Both the position numbers and the translations under genes were made by a program. A model generated the notes under the pieces. It had not been told where the DNA came from and ran no database searches. It saw nothing but the letters and a program-made list of their open reading frames with translations. A stretch of DNA of 62,266 nt, the filler included, from Actinomycetota bacterium (lineage in GTDB: Bacteria > Actinomycetota > CADDZG01 > JAHWKV01 > JAOPZY01): the NCBI GenBank assembly GCA_025963875.1. It is 8 parts of 8 records of this genome, joined end to end, with 100 filler letters (N's around TTAATTAATTAA, not from the genome) between each part and the next. Parts side by side here need not be neighbours in the genome. Positions count along the whole stretch, not along the records: positions 46,786 to 51,561 come from JAOPZY010000087.1; positions 51,662 to 56,068 come from JAOPZY010000089.1; 6 more parts are not named here. One strand, 5' to 3'. Below, in pieces: positions 47,016 to 56,168 of this stretch (position 1 is the stretch's first letter; each line of letters opens with the position of its first letter).

Positions 47016-49256
47016 CTACCACGTGAAGTCCTCCGGCACCGGCGGGACGAGCACCTTCGGCGTCCCCTTGCCCGGCTCCCAGATCTCAACGGGCCAGCGC
47101 CGGGACCGGGCGAGGCGGTGCAGCGGCACCTCCGGGTTGACCGCCACGGGATGGCCGACCGCCTCGAGCATCGGCAGGTCGGTGAGCGAGTCGGCGTAGG
47201 CGTAGGAGGCGGAGAGGTCGGCGCCGGTCGCCCGGGCGTAGTCGTTCAGCCAGGAGGCCCGGGCCTCGCCCACCAGCGGCGGCTGGGCGAGGTCGCCGGT
47301 GAAGATGCCGTCGATCTCGGCCAGCTTGGCGCAGACGAGCTCGTCGGCCAGGGGGGCGAGGGCGCCGAAGCAGAAGTCGAGCGCCGCAGTCATCAGAACG
47401 ACCCGGTGGCCGTGCGCCCGGTGCGCCCGGATGCGCCGGATGGCCCCGGGCGCCATCCGCCGGAGCATCAGGTCGGCGAGCACCGAGTCGGCGAGCGCCC
47501 GGACGCCAACAGCCGAGGCGCCCTCGTACAGGCGGTAGAACTTGCGGAGGAACTCGCCCCGGTCGCGGCGCTCGGCAGCCAGGAAGCCCGGAGCCTTGCT
47601 GGCCAGGGACGCGAACTCCTTGAGGCGCTCCGACCCTTCGATCTCGGCCATGCGCAGCCACAGGTAGGGCTCGATGACATTGGAGTCGACGATCACCCGG
47701 TCGATGTCGTAGATGGCGATGACGAGCTGGCCGCCGGCCGGGGTCGCCAGCTTGACGGCGGGGTTGGTCCGGGCCGGCGAGGTTCGCCGCAGCGACTTGG
47801 TGATCTGCGGCAGGTGGATCTCGTGGAAGTATCGCTCCCAGGAGTAGCAGGCCGGGTCGAAGCCGAACTCGGCCCGGTCCTCCGGCGGCATGGACTCGAA
47901 CAGGTCGTGGGTCTTCTCGTCGGTGTAGATCACCTCGGCCTCGACGTAGGAGCCGTAGAGGGCGGCGTAGCGCTTGGCGAAGTCCAGGCGCGAGCGCAGG
48001 TCGTCCACCCGCACCGCCGCCTTGCGGGCCATGCTGCCGTGCGGCAGGTGTCCGACGACCTTCTCGGCGGCCGAGATGACCTTCTCCGCCGTGTCCATCT
48101 TCCGCTGCACGGCGAGGCGCCCGGGGAATGTCCACTCCGGCACCTGGTAGGCACCCCTGCCGCGCTCGGGAAGCGGGTCGGCGAGGAAGTAGGAGCGGCA
48201 GAAGTCGTAGAGGTCCCGGTACTTGAGCGGGTTGCGGAAGCCGGACGACACGTGGTGCACCGCCCGGCGCTGCGGCGGCGAGGCCGCCACCGCCAGGATG
48301 GCGTTCACGACCAGGTCCACCGGGATGACATCGAGGACGCCCTCGGGGATGCCGGGAAACTCCGGCAGGGCTCCCCGGCCGAAGGCGAGGATGACCGGCT
48401 CCGCCATCCGGAACCCCTCGATCCACCCGGGATACGGGCGGGCGAGGGCGCTCTCGATGATCGAGGGCCGGACGATGGCGAGCGGGTTGTCGCCCGCCGC
48501 CTCGTCCAGGGCAATCTCGGTGAGGGCCTTGGTGAAGGTGTAGACGTCCGGCCAGCCGAGGCTCCGAGCCCGGGCACGCCCGTACTCCACCAGGCGGTCG
48601 CGCTCCCAGGAGCGCCGGTGCTGCTCGCTGCGCTTGGCGACGGACTGGGGGCCAGCTCTGCCGATCTCCGAGCGGGCCTTGGCCTCGAACCGGGCAAGCT
48701 GCTCGGGCCGGCGTGAGTCCGTCTCGACCTCGGCCCGCACCCGCAGGGCTGCGTCGCGCTCGGTGCGCCAGCGCAGCGGCCGGGTGAGGAGCTCCTCGGG
48801 CTGGGTGCCGCGGGTGAGGCCGGCGACATAGGCCGTGGAGACGTGGATGAACGGACGGCCCCCCGAGGCCTCGTAGAGGCGGAGCGTTCCGAGGAGGTTG
48901 GTCTCGAACGCATCGTCGACGGGGGGGTCGAACGACACGGTGGCCGCCGTGTGGATCACGAGATCGATATCGTCGGCGACCGGGATCGGCCCCTGGGTGA
49001 GGTCCGCGGGGAGGGGCCGGACCTTCCCGGCCGCAAGCTCCCGGAGGGCCTCCACCCCCCCGACCCGGTCGGCGGCCGGCTTGAACGCCGCCCCGCCGAG
49101 CATGGTGCGGAGGCGGGCCGGAGCGTCACGGCGGATGAGGAGGTCGACCCGCTCGACCGGGATGTCCGTCAGCAGGCGCTCGAAGAGGGCCGTGCCGAGG
49201 AAGCCGGTGGCCCCGGTCATGAGGATGCGTTTGCCCGCGAGACCTTCCCGGATCAA
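47016..49256 (-). CDS. Fatty acyl-CoA reductase-like (extended SDR) fused to HAD-IB phosphatase-like domain
   Basis: TGATGFLG, HVSTAYV, YTFTK, IVRPSII, DVIPVDLVVN; C-terminal YDID, YAYADSLTDLPMLEAVGHPVAVNP. TTG 49256 preferred over ATG 49277. Confidence 0.88.
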   Translation of the reverse strand: MIREGLAGKRILMTGATGFLGTALFERLLTDIPVERVDLLIRRDAPARLRTMLGGAAFKPAADRVGGVEALRELAAGKVRPLPADLTQGPIPVADDIDLVIHTAATVSFDPPVDDAFETNLLGTLRLYEASGGRPFIHVSTAYVAGLTRGTQPEELLTRPLRWRTERDAALRVRAEVETDSRRPEQLARFEAKARSEIGRAGPQSVAKRSEQHRRSWERDRLVEYGRARARSLGWPDVYTFTKALTEIALDEAAGDNPLAIVRPSIIESALARPYPGWIEGFRMAEPVILAFGRGALPEFPGIPEGVLDVIPVDLVVNAILAVAASPPQRRAVHHVSSGFRNPLKYRDLYDFCRSYFLADPLPERGRGAYQVPEWTFPGRLAVQRKMDTAEKVISAAEKVVGHLPHGSMARKAAVRVDDLRSRLDFAKRYAALYGSYVEAEVIYTDEKTHDLFESMPPEDRAEFGFDPACYSWERYFHEIHLPQITKSLRRTSPARTNPAVKLATPAGGQLVIAIYDIDRVIVDSNVIEPYLWLRMAEIEGSERLKEFASLASKAPGFLAAERRDRGEFLRKFYRLYEGASAVGVRALADSVLADLMLRRMAPGAIRRIRAHRAHGHRVVLMTAALDFCFGALAPLADELVCAKLAEIDGIFTGDLAQPPLVGEARASWLNDYARATGADLSASYAYADSLTDLPMLEAVGHPVAVNPEVPLHRLARSRRWPVEIWEPGKGTPKVLVPPVPEDFTW

Positions 49257-49275
49257 CCCCTCCCCCTCTTTCTTC

Positions 49276-49302
49276 ATCCGGCGCCTTGAGGGGCGCCTCG
49301 GG
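49276..49302 (+). repeat. 27-bp REP-like repeat copy
   Basis: Identical to 5592-5618. Confidence 0.85.
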
Positions 49303-49396
49303 CGTCCCCCGTTTTTGCCCGGCGCCCTGCCGGCTCTCTACCGGCCGGTAGATTATCGGGGGTGCCCCGAGGTGGCAAACCAGCCCAGGCCCGCGC

Positions 49397-49954
49397 TCAT
49401 TCGTCGTTTCCGTTTCGCACAGAAGGGGCGCCACGCTGGAACAGGCTGCCGGAGGGTCGATGCCTTAGCTCGATGGTGCGAATGTGCTCAAAGCCAAGCC
49501 GTAGGTAGTAGTCGTGCAGCGGCTGGTTGTCCCGCATGCAGTCAAGGCGGAGCCATCGTCCGCCGGAGGCAGCGACGCGCTGTCCTGCCCAATCAAGGAG
49601 GGCCGCGCCGATTCCCCGGCCAGCCCAAGGCCGGCGCACCGCCAGCCGATGGACGTAGCCGGCATCGTCCGAGGCTCCCTTCCAAAGCTCCGGATCCGCC
49701 CAGGTGTCGAGGGTGATTGTCGCTACCGGCTCGCCCGCGGCGTATGCCAGGTACACGCTGCCCTGGCGGATGCGGCGAAGGGTTCCGGCCTCGCGGAAGC
49801 CGGCTGCTGGCCACTGGTCGATTCCCTTTGAGGCCAGCCACGTGGCGGCCTCGGCCAGGATGCCCTGGACCACCCCCAAGTCCTCGACGGCTGCCAGGCG
49901 AACGTCCAGCGCCGGCGTTGCCCGGCGCTCCTCAGCCGTTGGAGCGGGTCTCAT
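49397..49954 (-). CDS. GNAT N-acetyltransferase
   Basis: WLASKGIDQW, YVHRLAV, GRGIGAALL, LRLDC, YYLRLGF. Confidence 0.9.
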   Translation of the reverse strand: MRPAPTAEERRATPALDVRLAAVEDLGVVQGILAEAATWLASKGIDQWPAAGFREAGTLRRIRQGSVYLAYAAGEPVATITLDTWADPELWKGASDDAGYVHRLAVRRPWAGRGIGAALLDWAGQRVAASGGRWLRLDCMRDNQPLHDYYLRLGFEHIRTIELRHRPSGSLFQRGAPSVRNGNDE

Positions 49955-50708
49955 ATACGAGGACGTGTCGGTCGGTAGGGAACACCCCCACATACACCGC
50001 CACGGGTTCGTCCTGCGCATCGAACCCCGTGCGGACGCGCGTGATAACCGGAACCCCGCCCGCAATCCCGAGGTTCTGGGCCTCGACGGGCGTAGGCATC
50101 CTGGCACCGATCTCGTCATGCCGTCGAACGACCTCGTGACCGAGCGCCGCCAGCACCCGGTCCGTGCCCCGCGCGACGTCCCCGGCCCGAGCGATCTCGG
50201 TTCCCTCGACGAGCTGGGCTCGATACCAAGTGTCGGCCAGCGCACTCGGGCGTTCGTCAACGAGTTGCAAGCGTCGGCGCACGATGACGTCCTCGTCGTC
50301 GGCCAGGCCGAGTCTTGAGGCGATCTCTTCAGGTGCGCTCAGCCGTTCCACGCTGATTTCCATACGCCCGGACCGGCCGCGTTCTGCCATCCACGTGACG
50401 AACGCGTCGGTTGTGACGTTTTCTCCTCGCCCCGGCCGTAGCCGCGAGGCGGGCTCGCGAAGGGGGACTGCCGATGGGTCGGCTGCGACGAATGTTCCTC
50501 GGCCGCGGCCCGTGTGGACCAACCCCTCGGCCCGCAGGAGCCCGAGCGCAAGGCGGACAGTGTTGCGGGCGACGTTGTATTCCTCGGCGAGCTCAGGCTC
50601 GCTCGGAAGCCGCTGCCCAGGCGCCAGCTCTCCCGAGAGGATCTGCCCCCGAAGGCCATCGGCAAGCTGACGGTAGAGCGCCTGCTCTCCTGCCGGATCG
50701 AGCTTCAC
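49932..50708 (-). CDS. GntR/HutC (UTRA) regulator, KorSA-like
   Basis: LYRQLADGLR, LPSEPELAEEYNVARNTVR, GRGTFV, ARMPTPVEA. Confidence 0.93.
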   Translation of the reverse strand: MKLDPAGEQALYRQLADGLRGQILSGELAPGQRLPSEPELAEEYNVARNTVRLALGLLRAEGLVHTGRGRGTFVAADPSAVPLREPASRLRPGRGENVTTDAFVTWMAERGRSGRMEISVERLSAPEEIASRLGLADDEDVIVRRRLQLVDERPSALADTWYRAQLVEGTEIARAGDVARGTDRVLAALGHEVVRRHDEIGARMPTPVEAQNLGIAGGVPVITRVRTGFDAQDEPVAVYVGVFPTDRHVLVYETRSNG

Positions 50709-50711
50709 CCT

Positions 50712-50805
50712 TGTTCCTACCTGTTCCTAATTTCACTAGACAACCCAGGATGTCTTTGCTAGGTTGTTCCATGCTGTACCAATCGCATAGGGACGTCATG
50801 GAACA
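50712..50805. promoter_or_regulatory. Repeated TGTTCC/GGAACA operator-like motifs
   Basis: TGTTCC at 50712, 50722 and 50765, TGTACC at 50775, inverted GGAACA at 50800. Confidence 0.55.
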
Positions 50806-51025
50806 GGTTCAGCTTACCGCCGGGCCTGGGAGGTGATGCTGTTCGCTCAAAGCGTGTTTGACACTCCCGCTCTCCCTCAGCGGGAGTAGCCGCTTCGGCA
50901 GGTTGCTTTGACTGCCGATGCCCGGCGGTGGCACCGAGGCGGCAGTGGAGGGGAGATCCCGGGCTGGAGGAGCCATATGGCCGGAGGTCCTCCCGGCGAG
51001 GGGATCGGGGTCTTCCCTCCAGTGT

Positions 51026-51060
51026 CTGGACAGTTGGAACAGCTTGAACAGTTTGAACAA
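51026..51060 (+). repeat. Tandem ~9-bp GAACA repeats
   Basis: ctggacag ttggaacag cttgaacag tttgaacaa. Confidence 0.65.
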
Positions 51061-51085
51061 GGGGCGCAAGAAAGGGGGTACAAGC

Positions 51086-51367
51086 ATGGCCCGGCAGAAC
51101 CAGGGAGCCGATCGATGGCCGACGATCCTGTGGATTGCGTGGAGAGCGGGCGAGACCGACCGTGTAGAACCGCTCTGCCGACAGCATCGCGAGCACGTCT
51201 TCACCCACTACCCGGCCAGCGCACATGGCCTGGGGCGCAGCGGGGATCGGTGCAGCATGTGCGGCCGTAGGCAGACACCCCGAACGGCCCAGCTCCCCAG
51301 CCCACGCGCCTGCACAAACCTCCCTTCGGCTGGCGGCGTCCGCACTGCTGGACGCACAGGCGAGTAG
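51086..51367 (+). CDS. Small putative zinc-finger protein
   Basis: AAAGGGGG SD; LCRQH...RCSMC. Confidence 0.6.
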   Translation: MARQNQGADRWPTILWIAWRAGETDRVEPLCRQHREHVFTHYPASAHGLGRSGDRCSMCGRRQTPRTAQLPSPRACTNLPSAGGVRTAGRTGE

Positions 51368-51403
51368 GAAATCCCGCGCATTCGCGGGAAAACTTACTCG
51401 CCT
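51358..51403. repeat. 46-bp imperfect hairpin (family B)
   Basis: aggcgagtaggaaatcccgcg-catt-cgcgggaaaacttactcgcct, 17/21 paired. Confidence 0.7.
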
Positions 51404-51439
51404 CGGTGACGCCGGCTCCTCGCCTATGATGCCTCCGGC

Positions 51440-51561
51440 ATGGCACGGCTTGCGCTCGTCACCGGGGCCACAGGCTTCATGGCCCAGCACCTGATTCCCG
51501 ATCTCGTCGAAGAGGGGTGGGAGGTGCGCGCCAGCGGCCGCAGGGCGAGGCCCGGCTGGCT
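51440..51561 (+). CDS. NAD-dependent epimerase/dehydratase, N-terminus only
   Basis: MARLALVTGATGFMAQHL; TATGAT upstream. Confidence 0.8.
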
Positions 51562-51661
51562 NNNNNNNNNNNNNNNNNNNNNNNNNNNNNNNNNNNNNNN
51601 NNNNNTTAATTAATTAANNNNNNNNNNNNNNNNNNNNNNNNNNNNNNNNNNNNNNNNNNNN
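51562..51661. other. Artificial contig linker
   Basis: N44-TTAATTAATTAA-N44. Confidence 0.98.
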
Positions 51662-51662
51662 C

Positions 51663-52157
51663 GCCGGCCAGGTCCCGAATGCCGTCGCGCAGTCGCCCGA
51701 CGTCGTCACCGTCTGGCTCAACGTCAACGACCTCATCCGGGGCGTGACGCCGGCCAGCTACGAGGCCGACCTCACGAAACTCGTGACGGCGCTGCGCCGC
51801 GGCGGTGCCACAAAAGTGCTGGTCGCCAACACGCCGCCGCTCGACGACCTGCCGGCCTACCGGGCGTGCCTCCCGGGGGCCGCAGCGACAGTCACACGGT
51901 GCGCTCTTGGCCCCGGTCTGCAGGGCCTCGTCCCTCCCCCTGCAATCCTGGACGCTGCGGTGGATGCCTACAACGCCGCCATCGCCCGGGTGGCAGCGTC
52001 GACCGGGGCCGTCCTCGTCGACCTCCACGCGGCAGGCCTGGCGGCCCGCCAGAACGGGACGGAGGCCTCCCTGGTCGGCAGCGACGGCTTCCACCCCTCG
52101 GACGCGGGCCACGCCCTGGTGGCGAAAGCGTTCGCCACGGCCTACGCGGGGAAGTGA
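51663..52157 (+). CDS. SGNH/GDSL hydrolase (5' truncated)
   Basis: PDVVTVWLNVND, DGFHPS. Confidence 0.85.
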   Translation, partial: AGQVPNAVAQSPDVVTVWLNVNDLIRGVTPASYEADLTKLVTALRRGGATKVLVANTPPLDDLPAYRACLPGAAATVTRCALGPGLQGLVPPPAILDAAVDAYNAAIARVAASTGAVLVDLHAAGLAARQNGTEASLVGSDGFHPSDAGHALVAKAFATAYAGK

Positions 52158-52169
52158 GCTCGCCGGCCA

Positions 52170-52218
52170 GAAGTTTCGTAACTTTTCGTCGTCAGGCAAC
52201 AAATTGTTACGAAACCTC
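52170..52218. repeat. 49-bp imperfect hairpin (family B)
   Basis: Perfect gtttcgtaac/gttacgaaac core; 17/22 paired overall. Confidence 0.7.
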
Positions 52219-52222
52219 CCGG

Positions 52223-52810
52223 CTACCGCTCCCACCTGCGGGCGTAGCGCCCCCCCCCAGAGCCAACAGTTCTGCATGGGTGCCGTGCTCTGCCGTGTCG
52301 CCCCCGCCTCGACCACGAAGATCTCGTCGGTGCGGGCCGCGGCGGGGCGTGAAGATCGCCGCCACGATGGCCATGAGGCGCAGGGTGTAGTGGCCCGAGG
52401 CGGCGTTGTCGATCGTGCGGCCGTTGGCAGGCCCAAGGCTCGAAACCATCACCCTCGGGTAGAGGTTGAGTAATCTCGTTGCGGTCACCAGCACGATGGT
52501 GACGGCGGTTGCCACGAAGGCCCAGCCCTCCAACCGTTCGTGGAGGAGCCAGCTCACGGCGATCACCGCCCCCATCGCCGCCACCGGGACGAGCGGCGGT
52601 ACCAGTCCCTTGTAGCCGACGACGGCGACCGCAGCCGGCCAGGCGATGCGCCGGAGCGAACGCCCACGACCGTTCCAGCACCTCGCCGTCGGTGCGCAGC
52701 GTCAGGCCGAGCCCGAAGTTGATGAGGAAGAGCTTGCCGAAGAATGAGGTCATCCGCCGGTTAGGGGTCGCTGCCGGTGCGGTACGCGGCGGTCTGGAGG
52801 ATGGCGACGG
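52223..52810 (-). pseudogene. Collapsed cydA'-'cydB'-'cydC/D remnant
   Basis: CydA-like VAILQTAAYRTG/RRMTSFFGKLFLINFG; CydB-like LTLRTDGEVLER and LYPRVMVSS...NAASGHYTLRLMAIVAAIFTP; ABC C-terminus DEIFVVEAG/EHGTHAELLALG/GRYARRWE; several frameshifts. Confidence 0.8.
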
Positions 52811-52829
52811 GCTACTGCGCAAGATTCGG

Positions 52830-53291
52830 CTAGATGTCCCGCGATCTCGTAGGAGACGCCCCCGCTGACCCCGACTTGGCGGCGATCTCCTCGAGGCGGC
52901 GGCGGAAGTTGCCGGTGCTGTTGACCGGGGCGCCCAACTCCCGCACGCGTTCCGCCAGCCTCCGGTCGGAGGTCACCACCCGCAGGGTCGCAGGGTCCTC
53001 GTCGGCCGCCACGAGGCGCACGATCTCGTCGTCGGCGGCATTGGCGCCGTGGCGGGAGGCGTAGAGAACCGTGATGGCGCCGTGGCGGCCGGGCGCGACG
53101 TCGGGAACCCGGCGGTCGAACACGACGGTGACGTCCTCGCCGGTGGCGCTGGCGTAGGCGTCCAGCTCCTCGATCCAGCGCCGGGTGGCCTTGTCGGGAT
53201 TCTTCCACCATCCGTCCGGGACGGATCCCATCAGGTTGGCCCCGTCGACCAGCCAGCGGGTCTTAGAGGTGCTGGACGACGAGCTCGGCAT
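52830..53291 (-). CDS. NYN/YacP-like PIN-domain RNase
   Basis: LVDGANLMG, VVFD, ADDEI, VVTSDRRL. Confidence 0.88.
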   Translation of the reverse strand: MPSSSSSTSKTRWLVDGANLMGSVPDGWWKNPDKATRRWIEELDAYASATGEDVTVVFDRRVPDVAPGRHGAITVLYASRHGANAADDEIVRLVAADEDPATLRVVTSDRRLAERVRELGAPVNSTGNFRRRLEEIAAKSGSAGASPTRSRDI

Positions 53292-54015
53292 AGGCCTGTC
53301 CTCCCGTCCCCCCGATCGGCATATGTACCCCGTCCCTGCCGAACCACTGGGGGTTTGCGCCGGCCAGGCCGTTCCAGTCGGCGACCGAGCACCGGCGTGC
53401 CGGCGTGCAGCCTGCCTCGATGACCGCGTTGTTCGACGGGGTCCACGAGCAGTACGGGCAGTGGTTGGTCAGGAGCACGAGCCGGCGGCCGCCTGCCGCG
53501 GCCACGAGCTGATCCATCTCGGCGGGGGTGAACGTGCCGTTGGTCCCGAGGTGGACGACGACGCTGCTCCCGAGCTGGCCGGCACCGGCGAGGGAGCGAA
53601 CGCCCGCGATGCCGGCATCGACACCCCGGCTGACCACGGCGTCGATGGTGATGCCGGGCAGCAGGGAGCGCAGGTTGGGAGCGGCGTCGAGCATCACCGA
53701 GTCGCCGATGGCGGTGATCCCTCCCGTCGGGGTGATGCCGGCGTTGGGACCGAGGGCGGCCGCGGGGCCGAGGGCGGCGGCGGCGGACCGGCGGGGGGTC
53801 GGGCTCGGCGTCCACTTGAGCGCGGGCACCGCCGCCGGCGTCGGTTTTGGGCTTGGGGACGGCGGTTCCACGATGGGCGCGGCCTCCGGCACGGAGCTCG
53901 ACAGTGAGGGAGCCGGTGGGCTGGGCGACGGCGCCTCCGCGGCCGTTCGGGAGGCGCTGCATCCCGCGGCGGCCACCAGGATGGCCACGCCCGCGGTGGC
54001 GATCCGCTTCGTCAC
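53263..54015 (-). CDS. Lipoprotein with an OatA-C-like SGNH domain
   Basis: Lipobox AAGC, AIGDSVML, HLGTNG, DGVH. Confidence 0.85.
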   Translation of the reverse strand: MTKRIATAGVAILVAAAGCSASRTAAEAPSPSPPAPSLSSSVPEAAPIVEPPSPSPKPTPAAVPALKWTPSPTPRRSAAAALGPAAALGPNAGITPTGGITAIGDSVMLDAAPNLRSLLPGITIDAVVSRGVDAGIAGVRSLAGAGQLGSSVVVHLGTNGTFTPAEMDQLVAAAGGRRLVLLTNHCPYCSWTPSNNAVIEAGCTPARRCSVADWNGLAGANPQWFGRDGVHMPIGGTGGQAYAELVVQHL

Positions 54016-54025
54016 CGTCGGTTTG

Positions 54026-56053
54026 TCAACGGAGGGCTGCTGCGATGAGGTCCGTGTACTGCCGGGCACCGGCGGTCCTGAGGTGGACGCCGTCGTCCCA
54101 CAGCCACTGCGGGTGGGCGGAGGCCGCAGCGTTCCAGTCGACCAGGTCCACCTTCCCGTTCGTCTGCACCGCCTGCGCCAGGATGGCGTTGTCCGGGTTC
54201 TGCCACGGCCTCGGAACGTGCACGTTCAGGATGATCACCTTTCGTCCGGCGAGCTTTCCGAGAAGGCTCGTGAGCACCGCGGGGTCGATGCTCCCGTTGG
54301 TGCCGGTCTGCAGGATGACAACGTTGCCGAGGCGCCCCTTGGCAAGCATCGAGTCGACAGTAGCGAAAACCTCCGCCGCCTGCCGGCCCTCGACCGCGTC
54401 GACCACGACGCCGGGAAATGCGCGCTGCAGGTCGGGGGTCGCCCCCAGCATGACCGAGTCGCCGATGGCCGTCAGGCTCCCGGTGGGCGGACTCGCCGGC
54501 GCCGCAGCCGGGGCCGAGGCCTTCGGGGACGGCGTCACAGCCGCGGGCGACGACGCCCCGTGGGCCGAGATCGGGCTGACGGCGGCCGGGCTCACGGGCG
54601 GGGGGTGGTTGGTACGGGGCACGGAGAGCATGAACGCCCCTGCCCCGACGAGGATGACCACGCAGGCGACGTAGATGGCGGAGGCCGTCCGCCAGTTCCG
54701 CGGGATGTTCACGGCCGAGGTGATCCGCTCCACCCAGGCCCGCAGCCCCATGGCCCGGATGGGCTGCTCCACGAAGCGGTAGCTGGCCTCGGCCGCGGCG
54801 AAGGTCAGAGCGAGCCGGAGCAGGAGGTCGCCACCCCTGGTGAACGGGACGTCGAGCTGGGGACGGGTGAACACGAAGATGGGCCAGTGCCACAGGTAGA
54901 GGCTGTACGAGCGCGTTCCGAGCCACCGCAGCGGCTCCCAGCCGAGGCCCGCGCCGAGCCAGCTGTCCTCCCGCCCGACAGCGACCACCGCCAGCCCGGC
55001 CAGCAGGGCGAACAGCAGGAACCCTCCCCGGTAGAGACCCGGGACGAACTCGCTGGTGTGGGTCATTGCCCAGCAGACCCCCACAAGGCCGACCGCCCCG
55101 GCGACGTCGAGGAGGTTGCCGAACCGGTGCGTCCATCCCTCCCGCTCGGCCCAGATGGCCACGGCCGCGGCGCCGGCACCCAGCAGGACGCTCATGGCAT
55201 GGGTGTCGGTGCCGAAGTACACCCGGGAGGCGTCGGCCCCGTAGGGCACGTTGTGCGACACGGCCAGGATCGCCATCCAGGCCGTCGAGACGACGGCCCC
55301 GCCGAAGGCCACAGCGGCCACGAGCTTGAGCCGCCGGGTGGTGGTGGATCCCGCCAGCAGCAGCCCGACCGATGCCGGCCATACCAGGTAGAACTGCTCC
55401 TCGACGGCCAGGGACCAGAGGTGCTGCAGCGGCGACGGGCGCCCCGTTGCCTGGAAGTAGGACTGGTGGCGGACGATGAACCACCAGTTCGTGACGTAGC
55501 CGAAGGAGGCGACGATGTCGCCCCGCACCTTGGCGAGCTCCTGTGGCCAGAACAGCACGAGGGCCGCCGTCGTCACGACCAGCACCAGGCCGAGGGCCGG
55601 CAGCAGGCGCCGGGCGCGCCGCTGGAAGAACTCGGCAAACGAGATCGCTCCCGTCCGCTCGACCTCGGCGACGAGGAGGGATGTGATGAGGTAGCCGGAG
55701 AGGACGAAGAAGAGGTCCACGCCGAGGAACCCCCCCGGCACCCAGCGCACGCCGGCGTGGTAGAGCAGCACGCCGACGACCGCGAGCGCCCGCAGCCCGT
55801 CGAGGCCGGGGCGGTAGCGCCGCGCGCCGGAGGGTGGCTCGGGTCCGGTCAGCCGCCACGGCTCGGCGAGAGCCGCCAGCGACCCCGGAGCCACTTTGGC
55901 CGGGCGCCAGGTGGCCGAGGGCGGCGTCCACGGCGCCAACGAGGCCCGCGGCGCGGAAGTACCCCGCGAACTTCGAGGGAAATGGAAGAAATTGCCTTTA
56001 TTGCTTGGGGCCGCCACCTCACTAGCTTGCAACTCCGGGCGCCCGCTTGGCAA
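54026..56053 (-). CDS. OatA-like acyltransferase-3 plus SGNH O-acetyltransferase
   Basis: LDGLRALAV, GGFLGVDLFFVLSGYLIT, HLWSLAVEEQFY, SYSLYLWHWP, GDSVML, DGVH; start uncertain. Confidence 0.92.
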   Translation of the reverse strand: MPSGRPELQASEVAAPSNKGNFFHFPRSSRGTSAPRASLAPWTPPSATWRPAKVAPGSLAALAEPWRLTGPEPPSGARRYRPGLDGLRALAVVGVLLYHAGVRWVPGGFLGVDLFFVLSGYLITSLLVAEVERTGAISFAEFFQRRARRLLPALGLVLVVTTAALVLFWPQELAKVRGDIVASFGYVTNWWFIVRHQSYFQATGRPSPLQHLWSLAVEEQFYLVWPASVGLLLAGSTTTRRLKLVAAVAFGGAVVSTAWMAILAVSHNVPYGADASRVYFGTDTHAMSVLLGAGAAAVAIWAEREGWTHRFGNLLDVAGAVGLVGVCWAMTHTSEFVPGLYRGGFLLFALLAGLAVVAVGREDSWLGAGLGWEPLRWLGTRSYSLYLWHWPIFVFTRPQLDVPFTRGGDLLLRLALTFAAAEASYRFVEQPIRAMGLRAWVERITSAVNIPRNWRTASAIYVACVVILVGAGAFMLSVPRTNHPPPVSPAAVSPISAHGASSPAAVTPSPKASAPAAAPASPPTGSLTAIGDSVMLGATPDLQRAFPGVVVDAVEGRQAAEVFATVDSMLAKGRLGNVVILQTGTNGSIDPAVLTSLLGKLAGRKVIILNVHVPRPWQNPDNAILAQAVQTNGKVDLVDWNAAASAHPQWLWDDGVHLRTAGARQYTDLIAAALR

Positions 56054-56068
56054 TCCACCAGCACCCGT

Positions 56069-56168
56069 NNNNNNNNNNNNNNNNNNNNNNNNNNNNNNNN
56101 NNNNNNNNNNNNTTAATTAATTAANNNNNNNNNNNNNNNNNNNNNNNNNNNNNNNNNNNNNNNNNNNN
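56069..56168. other. Artificial contig linker
   Basis: N44-TTAATTAATTAA-N44. Confidence 0.98.
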
